Position numbers and translations under genes: made by a program. DNA of 34,387 bases. It comes from Oculatellaceae cyanobacterium bins.114 (GTDB taxonomy: Bacteria > Cyanobacteriota > Cyanobacteriia > Elainellales > Elainellaceae). Below, piece after piece: positions 8,891 to 17,574 of this stretch. The DNA is taken from NCBI GenBank assembly GCA_033764315.1, contig JANRJA010000221.1, forward strand, positions 1-34,387, in the 5' to 3' direction. The first letter of the stretch is position 1. Every line of letters starts with the position of its first letter. The notes beneath the pieces are model-generated. The model had not been told where the DNA came from, searched no databases, and saw nothing but the letters and a program-made list of their open reading frames with translations.

Positions 8891-9033
8891 TCATAATGTG
8901 CAACTTTTCTGAAACTCCCGCTAACTCTCACCCTCACCCTAGCCCTTTCTCATAGGAGCAGGAACCAGAATTGCTGGAAACCTTTTTCTACCAGAGCAGG
9001 GTTGGGATGTGGGCAATGAGTCGCACATTACGT
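8891..9033. mobile_element. About 143-bp MITE-like element (TIR ...ATGTGC[A/G]ACT) with CCCTCACCC / GGGTTGGGATG hairpin cargo; inverted copy at 34104-34248
   Basis: TAATGTGCAACT at the left end and AGTCGCACATTACGT at the right end; 28-nt exact match TAATGTGCAACTTTTCTGAAACTCCCGC to the reverse complement of the 34.2-kb copy, with similarity throughout. Confidence 0.8.
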
Positions 9034-9108
9034 TAAATATCAATTGGTGCTGTGTCAAAACGATCAAAAGTCGTTATAAATGGTGACTATTGAGAAGGGA
9101 TCGATCAT

Positions 9109-9651
9109 ATGGAAAAGTTAGGCACCCCCATTGGCGGTTATGCTCCTGATTTTGAGTTGCCAGGGGTCGATGGGTCTGTGCATCATCTTGCCCGATATTT
9201 AAAGCAATTTCAGGCGGTAGGGGTGGTTTTTATGTGTAATCACTGTCCCTATGTAAAGCTCTATTTAGAGCGTTTGAAACAGGTGCAAAACGAGTTTCAA
9301 GCTCAGGGATTCACCTTAATTGGTATCAATGCAAATGACGATACTCACTATCCTGATGATAGTTTCGAGAACATGAAGCAGTTTGTGACTGAGACTCAAC
9401 TTAACTTTCCGTATCTACGCGATGTATCGCAGGACGTTGCTCGTAGCTTTGGGGCAGACCGGACGCCAGAGATATTTTTGTTAGATCAAGAAGGGGTACT
9501 GCGATATAACGGGGCGATCGATGACCACGCTCAAGACATAAGAGCCGTAAAAAAGTCTTACTTAAAAGATGCGATCGCTGAGTTGTTAGCAGGTCATGCA
9601 GTTACGGTTGCCTCAACTAATGCGATCGGTTGCACTGTGAAGTGGCGATGA
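9109..9651 (+). CDS. Thioredoxin-fold redoxin (AhpC/TSA-like) family protein
   Basis: APDFELPGVDG, FMCNHCPYV CxxC motif, C-terminal IGCTVKW. Confidence 0.9.
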   Translation: MEKLGTPIGGYAPDFELPGVDGSVHHLARYLKQFQAVGVVFMCNHCPYVKLYLERLKQVQNEFQAQGFTLIGINANDDTHYPDDSFENMKQFVTETQLNFPYLRDVSQDVARSFGADRTPEIFLLDQEGVLRYNGAIDDHAQDIRAVKKSYLKDAIAELLAGHAVTVASTNAIGCTVKWR

Positions 9652-9742
9652 GCAGCAATTCTGTCCCGATTCTCGATCTTGGCAGTTGTTTCTACTGTTA
9701 TGGTAGGTTTGAAACAACTTGAGTTCAGAAAATTGTCACTAA

Positions 9743-10471
9743 ATGGGGATTACTTATCGGCGGGTCTTATTAAAACTGAGTGGTGAAGCCCTTATGGGCG
9801 AGCTGAACTATGGCATTGATCCCGCAGTAGTTCACAATATTGCTCAGGAAATTACAGACGTTGTAGCAGAAGGAATTCAAACAGCGATCGTGGTTGGTGG
9901 CGGTAATATTTTTCGGGGAATAAAAGGTGCAGCCGCTGGGATGGATCGAGCTACAGCAGATTATATTGGCATGATCGCGACTGTTATGAATGCAATGACG
10001 CTGCAAGATGCGCTTGAGCAAAATGGAGTGCCAACACGAGTGCAGACAGCGATCGAAATGCAAGAAGTGGCTGAACCTTATATTCGTCGTCGTGCCATTC
10101 GTCATTTAGAAAAAGGGCGTGTCGTCATTTTTGGGGCGGGTTCTGGTAATCCCTTCTTTACTACTGATACGACAGCGGCTTTACGGGCGGCTGAAATCAG
10201 TGCTGAGGTTGTATTTAAGGCAACTAAAGTCGATGGGATTTATGACTCTGATCCCAAGGTTAATCCCAATGCTCGTCGCTATCAAACTCTGACCTATGGG
10301 CATGTTTTGAGCCACAACCTGCGCGTGATGGATGGCACAGCGATCGCTCTGTGCAAAGATAACAACATCCCCATCATTGTGTTTGATCTCTCTGGAAAGG
10401 GAAATATCAAACGTGCGTTGCTGGGAGAACCAATTGGAACGATTGTGGGAGGCTCTTGTGAAGTTAGCTGA
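9743..10471 (+). CDS. pyrH: UMP kinase
   Basis: [28 protein letters not shown]. Confidence 0.98.
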   Translation: MGITYRRVLLKLSGEALMGELNYGIDPAVVHNIAQEITDVVAEGIQTAIVVGGGNIFRGIKGAAAGMDRATADYIGMIATVMNAMTLQDALEQNGVPTRVQTAIEMQEVAEPYIRRRAIRHLEKGRVVIFGAGSGNPFFTTDTTAALRAAEISAEVVFKATKVDGIYDSDPKVNPNARRYQTLTYGHVLSHNLRVMDGTAIALCKDNNIPIIVFDLSGKGNIKRALLGEPIGTIVGGSCEVS

Positions 10472-11006
10472 CGTTGAAAGTCATATGCAGAAGGCGGTTG
10501 AATCTACCCAACGCGCTTTCAATACCATTCGGACTGGGCGTGCCAACGCTGCTCTTTTAGATAAGGTTATGGTGGAGTATTACGGTACACCCACTCCACT
10601 AAAATCTCTGGCGAACATTAACACTCCAGATGCCAGTACTATTACCATTCAACCCTATGATCGAGGCTCACTAAATCTGATTGAGAAATCCATTTCAATG
10701 TCAGATATCGGGCTAACTCCTAATAACGATGGCTCTATCATTCGGCTCAACATTCCACCATTGACAAGCGATCGCCGTAAAGAGTTGGTCAAAGTGGCTG
10801 CCAAATATGCTGAAGAGGGCAAAGTTTCTATTCGGAATATTCGTCGAGATGCAGTAGACACTGTTCGGAAGCAGGAAAAAAGCAGCGAGATCTCTGAAGA
10901 TGAAGCTCGTACTTTGCAGGATAGTGTTCAAAAATTGACTGATAAATACATCTCTAAAGTTGATCAGATTCTGTCAGAAAAAGAAGCTGATATCATGACG
11001 GTCTAA
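10458..11006 (+). CDS. frr: Ribosome recycling factor
   Basis: [35 protein letters not shown] start at 10458 overlaps the pyrH end. Confidence 0.97.
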   Translation: MKLADVESHMQKAVESTQRAFNTIRTGRANAALLDKVMVEYYGTPTPLKSLANINTPDASTITIQPYDRGSLNLIEKSISMSDIGLTPNNDGSIIRLNIPPLTSDRRKELVKVAAKYAEEGKVSIRNIRRDAVDTVRKQEKSSEISEDEARTLQDSVQKLTDKYISKVDQILSEKEADIMTV

Positions 11007-11067
11007 TAGATGGCTTGGGGCGAAGTCAAACGCCTATAAACCTTCTGTTTGAATCTAATAATTAGTT

Positions 11068-11126
11068 ACCTATCCGAATACTCACTAGATAAAAATCTAA
11101 AGGGTTAAATCAGTTTTCGGATAGGT
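11068..11126. repeat. 15-bp inverted repeat (14/15) with 29-nt spacer; terminator or empty MITE shell
   Basis: ACCTATCCGAATACT (11068-11082) / AGTTTTCGGATAGGT (11112-11126) followed by TTTT, between convergent genes. Confidence 0.6.
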
Positions 11127-11143
11127 TTTTGTCGTTTTGCTGC

Positions 11144-11320
11144 TTAAGCGATTTGTGTGGCAGAAAGAGAATTAACACAACGAACGACATAGGCAAGATG
11201 TAGGGGATAGCCTTGAGAATAGATTGCATCAACACACTTTAATGCTGCTTCTCGCGTTCTATAAGACCGTAGCACTCGCTCAGATCCGTTTGCATATTGG
11301 ACGCACAATTGCCAAGTCAT
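11144..11320 (-). CDS. Small (58 aa) hypothetical protein
   Basis: ATG at 11320 preceded by GGAG; MTWQLCVQYANGSERVLRSYRTREAALKCVDAIY... has protein-like composition. Confidence 0.65.
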   Translation of the reverse strand: MTWQLCVQYANGSERVLRSYRTREAALKCVDAIYSQGYPLHLAYVVRCVNSLSATQIA

Positions 11321-11390
11321 AATATCGCTCCGAACTTGATGAATAACCCCTGAAGAAACGTTTCTCTTCATCAATCCTTCACAATCATCG

Positions 11391-11411
11391 TAAGAACTTT
11401 ATAAGAACTTT
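11391..11411. promoter_or_regulatory. Perfect 10-bp direct repeat with 11-bp period; candidate transcription-factor site
   Basis: TAAGAACTTT-A-TAAGAACTTT; overlaps a minus-strand TACGAT -10-like hexamer (11392-11387). Confidence 0.45.
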
Positions 11412-11678
11412 GTACTCCGTGCAACCATTGAACTTTTATCACTGAATAGGCACATGTCTATCCAACGGGTTGATCTGCTCTCAATTGATCCCCAATGAGT
11501 CGCACTCTCTCGTCCTCCTGCCTTTTCTAGCACTATCTGGCATGAGAACGTTTTACGAATACATTCTGCCAATGCTTGAATTGAGTAAGACAGTTACCAC
11601 TTAGCATGACGACTTGGCACAAGAAACTGCCACAATAACCTGACTAAAAATTTGGTGTATGTAGGAGTAAGACCACTA

Positions 11679-12812
11679 ATGTATGACTGTATTATCGTGG
11701 GTGCTGGACCAGCAGGAGGAACAGCGGCCTATCACTTGGCTAAACGCGGACGCTCAGTTCTGATGTTGGAGAAGGCGTCTCTGCCCCGCTATAAGCCCTG
11801 TGGTGGGGGGGTGTCTCCCCAAATAGCACAATGGTTCGATTTTGACTTTAGCCCAGCCATCTCTCTTAAAGTCAACCTGATTCGCTATACCTGGAAGATG
11901 GGCGACCCTGTAGAAGCTGAGCTAAAAACACCAGAACCGATTTGGATGGTGCGACGGGATAAATTTGACCATTTTTTGGTGCAGCAAGCGCAAAAGCAAG
12001 GTGCCGAACTACAGGACAACACTGAGGTCACAGGAATTGAGTTTCAGAGCGATCGCTGGCACGTCAACACCGCCAATGGAGCGATCGCTGGCCGCTATTT
12101 AATCGCTGCTGATGGTGCTAAAGGGCCAATGGCCAAGTGGCTAGGCTTTAAAGAGCGCAAGCGGCGGTTAGGAGCCGCACTCGAGGCAGAAGCACCCGCT
12201 AATGTAGAAAATCCTGATACTGCCCATTTTGAATTTGGTATGGTCAAAAATGGTTATATCTGGAACTTTCCTAAAGCAGATGGTTATTCTATCGGCATTG
12301 GCACATTTATCGGTGGTCAAGGGCAAGACTTTAAGAGCATTTTGAACGAATATGGCACCCTGTTTGGGGTTGATATTAAAACCTGTCAGCAATATGGGCA
12401 TCCTATTTGCCTTTGGGATGGCAATCAAAAATTACACACTCAAAATGCGCTCTTAGCCGGAGAAGCAGCTTGTGTGGTTGATCCTTTCACGGCTGAAGGG
12501 ATTCGTCCTTCAATTTTTAGTGGCATGAAAGCGGCTGAAGCGATCGACCACGCTCTGAGTGGAGAGCTAAACGCGCTTGATCAATATACTCAAATCATTA
12601 GTGATGAATGGGGATCAGACATGATCTGGGCACAGCGATTAGCGGGGTTATTCTATCGCGCTCCTGGTATTGGGTACCGGGTTGGGGTTAAGCGTCCCTC
12701 TGCTACAGAACGAATCGGTCAAATTCTCTGCGGCGAGATGCGCTACGCCGATGTTGCTACTCGTGCCATGAAGCGACTCAGCACAGGTCTGATCCCCGGA
12801 ATGGGTGGCTGA
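11679..12812 (+). CDS. Geranylgeranyl reductase family FAD-dependent oxidoreductase
   Basis: IIVGAGPAGG, PRYKPCGGG, GYIWNFPK, GEAACVVDPFTAEGI; AGGAG upstream of the ATG at 11679. Confidence 0.9.
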   Translation: MYDCIIVGAGPAGGTAAYHLAKRGRSVLMLEKASLPRYKPCGGGVSPQIAQWFDFDFSPAISLKVNLIRYTWKMGDPVEAELKTPEPIWMVRRDKFDHFLVQQAQKQGAELQDNTEVTGIEFQSDRWHVNTANGAIAGRYLIAADGAKGPMAKWLGFKERKRRLGAALEAEAPANVENPDTAHFEFGMVKNGYIWNFPKADGYSIGIGTFIGGQGQDFKSILNEYGTLFGVDIKTCQQYGHPICLWDGNQKLHTQNALLAGEAACVVDPFTAEGIRPSIFSGMKAAEAIDHALSGELNALDQYTQIISDEWGSDMIWAQRLAGLFYRAPGIGYRVGVKRPSATERIGQILCGEMRYADVATRAMKRLSTGLIPGMGG

Positions 12813-12841
12813 GGAGTGGTGACTAGAAATTTCTTTTAGAT

Positions 12842-12952
12842 ACCCTACGTGTGACTATTCCAGATCCCCGGTTTCTAGGGATGTCACTAGGCACCTTTCA
12901 GGCACCTCCAACGAGAAACCGGGGATCTAAACCCCTAAATTGCGCATCGGGT
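12842..12952. mobile_element. 111-bp MITE-like element with a perfect 15-bp internal hairpin; second copy at 33976-34086
   Basis: AGATCCCCGGTTTCT (12862-12876) / AGAAACCGGGGATCT (12914-12928); degenerate TIRs; flanks TTTTAGAT / TTTTAGGAT are a near target duplication. Confidence 0.85.
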
Positions 12953-13143
12953 TTTTAGGATAGTTGTGTGAATCGCTGTATTGATTAACTTGTGTTGCTT
13001 AACTTATGCAGTGATTCACAGGTTCAAAAGCAAGGTATGGCAGAAGTTTAATTAAAACTTTGATTTCGGGTGAATCTGTGGCTCCCAAAGACCAATTTGG
13101 GATAACTGGAAATAGTCTCAAATTTCTAGTAAGTAGGTGCATC

Positions 13144-13875
13144 ATGACTTACAGCCTCCGAGTTGTCGACCTGCCACTGGCAGAGCGACCGCGTGAACGG
13201 CTCATGACTCAAGGCGCAAAAAGTCTGGCTACAGCAGAGTTAATTGCTATTTTGTTGGGGACGGGTCAAGGTGCAGGCAAGCTCTCAGCAGTTGGGTTGG
13301 GGCAATACATTTTGCAGCGTCTGGGTCAACATCAGCGAGACCCACTCGGTATATTGCGAGAGATTACGGCTCAAGAATTAACCCAAATTCCAGGGATTGG
13401 ACCTGCTAAAGCCACTACCATCATCGCCGCGATCGAACTTGGAAAACGAGTCTTTAACGCCCGACCCTCTGAGAAAACGGTAGTTGATGACCCTGCGATC
13501 GCCGCTGCTGCCCTCAGTGATGAGTTGATGTGGCAGGGGCAAGAACGGTTTGCAGTGCTCTTGCTAGATATTAAGCATCGCCTGTTAGGAACTCAAGTCA
13601 TCACCATTGGCACTGCAACAGAAACACTAGCGCATCCTCGTGACATTTTTCGGGAAGTGATTCGCCAGGGGGCAGTCAGGGTGATTGTGGCGCACAACCA
13701 TCCGTCAGGGAGTGTTGAACCCAGTTCTGAAGATATTGCTTTAACACAACAACTCCTCTCAGCTGCTCAAATTCTCGGTATTCCCCTCCTCGATCACCTC
13801 ATTTTGGGTAATGGTGACTATCTCAGTCTGCGGCAAACCACCCACCTTTGGACTGAATTTCCTCAAGGTGATTGA
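13144..13875 (+). CDS. radC: RadC/JAB domain protein
   Basis: ERPRERL, helix-hairpin-helix [16 protein letters not shown] and [11 protein letters not shown] motif. Confidence 0.95.
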   Translation: MTYSLRVVDLPLAERPRERLMTQGAKSLATAELIAILLGTGQGAGKLSAVGLGQYILQRLGQHQRDPLGILREITAQELTQIPGIGPAKATTIIAAIELGKRVFNARPSEKTVVDDPAIAAAALSDELMWQGQERFAVLLLDIKHRLLGTQVITIGTATETLAHPRDIFREVIRQGAVRVIVAHNHPSGSVEPSSEDIALTQQLLSAAQILGIPLLDHLILGNGDYLSLRQTTHLWTEFPQGD

Positions 13876-14021
13876 ATAATAGGGATCCCATTTTAGAGAT
13901 CAAGCGTCATAATGAACCAAAAGAGTTAGGACAGGGATGTTGCAGATATCACAGTCCTGACTTATACTAAAGCGTCGAATTAAGCACAGTGTTGTAGTAA
14001 CAAAGCAACGAGGAGGAGCCT

Positions 14022-14390
14022 ATCCCTGATACACTGACCCTGACCGTTAGCCTAAGAGGCACACGTGAAGTTAGGGAAAACTATCAACTATTTCGTCTTG
14101 CTGGACTGTTGGATGCCTTTTCTGAGCCAACGTTTCGGAAAGTACTGGACAAATTTGTTGAGGAAGGTCCACCTAATTTCATCTTGGATCTTTCCCAAAT
14201 TGATTTCGTAGATAGTTCTGGGCTAGGTGCCCTTGTGCAGCTTGTGAAAAAAACGCAAACGGCTGGAGGAACCTTGCAAATTGTCACGAATCCTCGTGTA
14301 ACCCAGACTGTTAAGTTAGTTCGCTTGGAGCAGTTTCTATCGCTGCAAACGTCAGTTGATGTTGCTATAGAAAATCTTAAGAAAACCTGA
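14022..14390 (+). CDS. STAS domain anti-sigma factor antagonist; probable non-canonical ATC start
   Basis: [22 protein letters not shown] phospho-Ser motif; the frame extends 29 codons upstream of TTG 14109 to ATC 14022, 5 nt after AGGAGG; in-frame TAA at 13998. Confidence 0.85.
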   Translation: MPDTLTLTVSLRGTREVRENYQLFRLAGLLDAFSEPTFRKVLDKFVEEGPPNFILDLSQIDFVDSSGLGALVQLVKKTQTAGGTLQIVTNPRVTQTVKLVRLEQFLSLQTSVDVAIENLKKT

Positions 14391-14440
14391 TTCCTCATCT
14401 TTCTAACGCTTTACCTTTAAGCTCTGCCCAAATTCAGCGG

Positions 14441-14812
14441 TTGCCGCCAGCCGCTCTAGCGTATATTGGGGATGCAGTTTACGAACTTTATATTCGGGCT
14501 TACTACCTGATGCCACCCAAGCGGTTGCAGGTTTATCATAAACAGGTAGTTGATCAAGTCCGGGCGGAGGGTCAGGCGCGACACTTGCGATCGCTTGAGC
14601 CTCATTTGACGGCCATTGAGTTGGATATTATTAAGCGGGGACGAAACGCCGCTACCAATCGCCCTAAGCGGGTAGACCCAGATGTTTATCAACAAGCAAC
14701 TGGGTTAGAAGCCTTAATTGGGTATTTGTATCTCACCGATCTCCATCGACTAATGCATCTGTTGGCACAGTTAGAGTTTGAAGTGCCCTTAGATGACTCG
14801 GTGGAGATTTGA
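14441..14812 (+). CDS. mrnC: Mini-ribonuclease III; start uncertain, may lie upstream near 14387-14390
   Basis: [35 protein letters not shown]. Confidence 0.9.
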   Translation: MPPAALAYIGDAVYELYIRAYYLMPPKRLQVYHKQVVDQVRAEGQARHLRSLEPHLTAIELDIIKRGRNAATNRPKRVDPDVYQQATGLEALIGYLYLTDLHRLMHLLAQLEFEVPLDDSVEI

Positions 14813-14879
14813 GTCTGTGATGATTTGGGTAACTAGTTTCGTGAATTTGGTATTTGCAATAGTTAGGGATTGATGACAT

Positions 14880-16046
14880 ATGGCTCCGAAACATCGAAAC
14901 TCCAGTTCCCAGAATCGTCCACAGCGACATGGCCCTTCTAAGGCGGCCCCTAAGCGTGCGGGCAAGCGCGTTATCACTCAACCCATTCGTTCTGATGCAG
15001 AGAGTGATACAGAGATTGAGCGTCCGACTCGGTCTAATAAAGTGAGACGGGGTGGTAATGCTCACGTTAAACGAAGTAGCAGAACTGTTTCTAAAGAGGA
15101 ATCATTAGAGCCCAAGCGATCGCCCCGTTTAAAGAGCAACCAAGAGGCACCCAAACTCAGACGAGTTCAACGTCGGGCAGATACTCCTATAACCTCAAAA
15201 AGAGGGGCGATCGCTAACCCCTTTCAAGCCTCTCCAGCTGTTGATCCCACATTGACAACTGACACTGAGGCCGAAACTGATCTCATTTATGGTCGTCATC
15301 CAGTGTTAACGGTTCTTGAGAGCCAACGCACGCTGCATCGCATTTGGATTGCTTCCCGATTGCGGTATGATCCCCGGTTTCACACATTGATAGAACAAGC
15401 TAAATTAAACGGTGCCGTGATTGACGAAGTGGATCAACGACGCCTCGATCAAATCACGCAGGGAGCTAATCATCAAGGGATTGCAGCTCAGGTTTCTCCT
15501 TATGCTTATCTTGAATTAAGTGAGTTGATCCAAAAGGCTAAGGCGGCGAGTGATCAACCTGTATTGATTGCTGTCGATGGTATTACTGATCCCCATAACC
15601 TTGGGGCAATAGTTCGCACGGCAGAGGCCATTGGGGCTCAAGGCTTAATCATTCCACAACGACGCACTGTCGGAATCACCTCAACTGTTGTGAAGGTCGC
15701 TGCCGGAGCTTTAGAAACTTTTCCAGTAGCAAGGGTTGTCAATTTGAGTCGCGCCCTGGAAGATCTAAAAAAAGCTGGATTTTGGATTTATGGAGCAGCG
15801 TCTACTGCCAGTCAATCAGCACACTCTGTGAAATTTAATGGCTCCACTGCCTTGGTCATTGGCTCGGAAGGGGAGGGTTTGAGCCTCCTCACCCAACGAA
15901 ACTGTGATGTTTTGGTCTCAGTTCCCTTACATGGCAACACACCCAGTCTCAATGCTTCTGTGGCAACGGGTATGTTGTTATATGAGATTTATCGTCAACG
16001 TTGGTCAAATATTGTTTCTCTAGATGCTTTGCAAAAGAAGGGGTAA
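14880..16046 (+). CDS. rlmB: 23S rRNA (guanosine-2251-2'-O)-methyltransferase with long basic N-terminal extension
   Basis: [45 protein letters not shown] motifs. Confidence 0.95.
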   Translation: MAPKHRNSSSQNRPQRHGPSKAAPKRAGKRVITQPIRSDAESDTEIERPTRSNKVRRGGNAHVKRSSRTVSKEESLEPKRSPRLKSNQEAPKLRRVQRRADTPITSKRGAIANPFQASPAVDPTLTTDTEAETDLIYGRHPVLTVLESQRTLHRIWIASRLRYDPRFHTLIEQAKLNGAVIDEVDQRRLDQITQGANHQGIAAQVSPYAYLELSELIQKAKAASDQPVLIAVDGITDPHNLGAIVRTAEAIGAQGLIIPQRRTVGITSTVVKVAAGALETFPVARVVNLSRALEDLKKAGFWIYGAASTASQSAHSVKFNGSTALVIGSEGEGLSLLTQRNCDVLVSVPLHGNTPSLNASVATGMLLYEIYRQRWSNIVSLDALQKKG

Positions 16047-16197
16047 CAGAGTATAACAAAACTTGAAGCTTAATGAAGATTTTGCTGTTATCCAGACATA
16101 CTTAAGAAACTCGATTGGGTTTTGAGATGAAAAGTCCTTGATGGACGCTGGTCAGTTTTTTGTGCATCTGTTGTATAGACAATAACGTGCGGAGATT

Positions 16198-16479
16198 ATG
16201 AGCGAAATTTGGACAAACGTTCTTAACACGGTTGGACTGGCTTGGTGGGTAGAAGTCATTACAGAAACCCCTCGGTGCACTTACTACTTTGGCCCATTCT
16301 CTAGTAGTAAAGAAGCTGAAGCATCGCAGAATGGTTACGTGGAAGACTTGGAACAGGAAGGAGCACAGGGGATCAAAGTTAACATCAAGCGTTGTAAACC
16401 CAGCAGCTTGACGATTTACGATGAGTTTTCTGAAGTCAATGGTCGGAGTGCGGCTCGTGTTTTGAGCAGCCCGGTCTAG
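16198..16479 (+). CDS. DUF1816 family protein
   Basis: AWWVEVITETPRCTYYFGPF...GYVEDLEQEGA pattern; position after rlmB. Confidence 0.85.
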   Translation: MSEIWTNVLNTVGLAWWVEVITETPRCTYYFGPFSSSKEAEASQNGYVEDLEQEGAQGIKVNIKRCKPSSLTIYDEFSEVNGRSAARVLSSPV

Positions 16480-16551
16480 AGAATTAGAAACTAGAGTTGA
16501 ACTGCAAGAGCGATCGCTCTACTCCAATTAGGTTGCTTGAAATGAGGTGTT

Positions 16552-17388
16552 TTAAGAGATCACGTTGGGTTGATGATCAATCCATGTGTCGATATCTTGG
16601 AGCACCTGTTCAGGGATCTCCCAGGGAAACAGGTGAGCAACCTGTGAATAGCAATGAAATTGGCAAATGCTGAGATATTGGGCCGTTTCTTGGCTAGATT
16701 GAGCTGTAATATGGCGATCGCACTCTCCTGCCAATAAAAGCGCAGGTGCTTGGATTGCCGCTATTGCCTCTAATCGGTTATAGCCTGTTTGTAAGGCTTG
16801 ATTAAGGGCTTGATGAGCGAAGGTAGAGGTCTGGAGATAGGCAGGCATGGCTTCGTTTGCCAGATATTGATAGGCGACAGCAGTGTGCTGTTGAATCAAG
16901 TGACGGTAGAGCGATCGCTTGCCAAACGTGTCGATATTCCATTGCCAAGATGGATAAATTTTGTTGACTAGAGAGGCGATCCCCGTATGCAAGTTATCTT
17001 GCCAGGAAATGGGGGGATGACTGCCACGGGGTCGAGCGGCAGTGGCAATTAAAATTAAGCCACTGATTCGATTTGGCAATCTCAGTGCCAGTTCCATAGC
17101 TATAATGCCGCCCAATGACCATCCTAAAATTAGACACCGTTGGATTTGTAGGCGATCGAGCAATGCTTCCAAATCCATTAAATGCGTTGCCATATCAAAT
17201 TCCTCAGAGACACGGCTTTGACCATAACCTCTGAGATCAGGTGCAATAGTTTGAAAACGGCGAGATAGATGGTTTGTGAACACAGACATGCTGTTCCCAG
17301 AACCCGGATGTCCGTGTAGACAAAGTAAGGGATAACCTGATCCCCGAACTTGGACTGTCAGTTGAATCGGCGAGGGGTGATGATGCAT
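16552..17388 (-). CDS. Alpha/beta fold hydrolase
   Basis: LHGHPG, PDLRGYG, GWSLGG nucleophile elbow, AHLFPWE; ATG at 17388 is the likely start. Confidence 0.9.
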   Translation of the reverse strand: MHHHPSPIQLTVQVRGSGYPLLCLHGHPGSGNSMSVFTNHLSRRFQTIAPDLRGYGQSRVSEEFDMATHLMDLEALLDRLQIQRCLILGWSLGGIIAMELALRLPNRISGLILIATAARPRGSHPPISWQDNLHTGIASLVNKIYPSWQWNIDTFGKRSLYRHLIQQHTAVAYQYLANEAMPAYLQTSTFAHQALNQALQTGYNRLEAIAAIQAPALLLAGECDRHITAQSSQETAQYLSICQFHCYSQVAHLFPWEIPEQVLQDIDTWIDHQPNVIS

Positions 17389-17541
17389 GAGAGGAGAAAA
17401 AAAGAGAGAAGACAGACAGGATGAAGGCTCAAGGCTGAAGCGCAATTAACTGATGACAAGTCGCTGGTGACAACTGACGGTTAACCACTCACCTTTGACG
17501 ATTCACTCTTGATCCCCTTCTATTCTCCCTTTTCTTTTTTG

Positions 17542-17574
17542 CTTCTTCTATTTCTACCCTTCTTCTATTTCTAC
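17542..17574. repeat. Tandem duplication CTTCTTCTATTTCTAC x2 overlapping the stop codon of the serine hydrolase
   Basis: Copies at 17542-17557 and 17559-17574. Confidence 0.7.

Noticed and set aside
8684..9033. Possible CRISPR array or structured ncRNA gene among the palindromic repeats
   Set aside because: There are no regularly spaced identical repeats with unique spacers; TIRs, target duplications and dispersed copies fit MITE/REP elements better.
9640..9700. Selenocysteine read-through at the redoxin TGA
   Set aside because: The TGA follows the normal family C-terminus (GCTVKWR) and does not align with a redox Cys; the CxxC is already Cys-encoded, and no Sec machinery is in the window.
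10332..10457. N-terminal extension of frr from the ORF track
   Set aside because: It overlaps pyrH by 140 nt; RRF similarity begins at GTG 10458.
13144..13875. radC as a marker of a mobile or anti-defence island
   Set aside because: It is the full-length chromosomal type with HhH and JAB domains among housekeeping genes; no integrase or cargo nearby.
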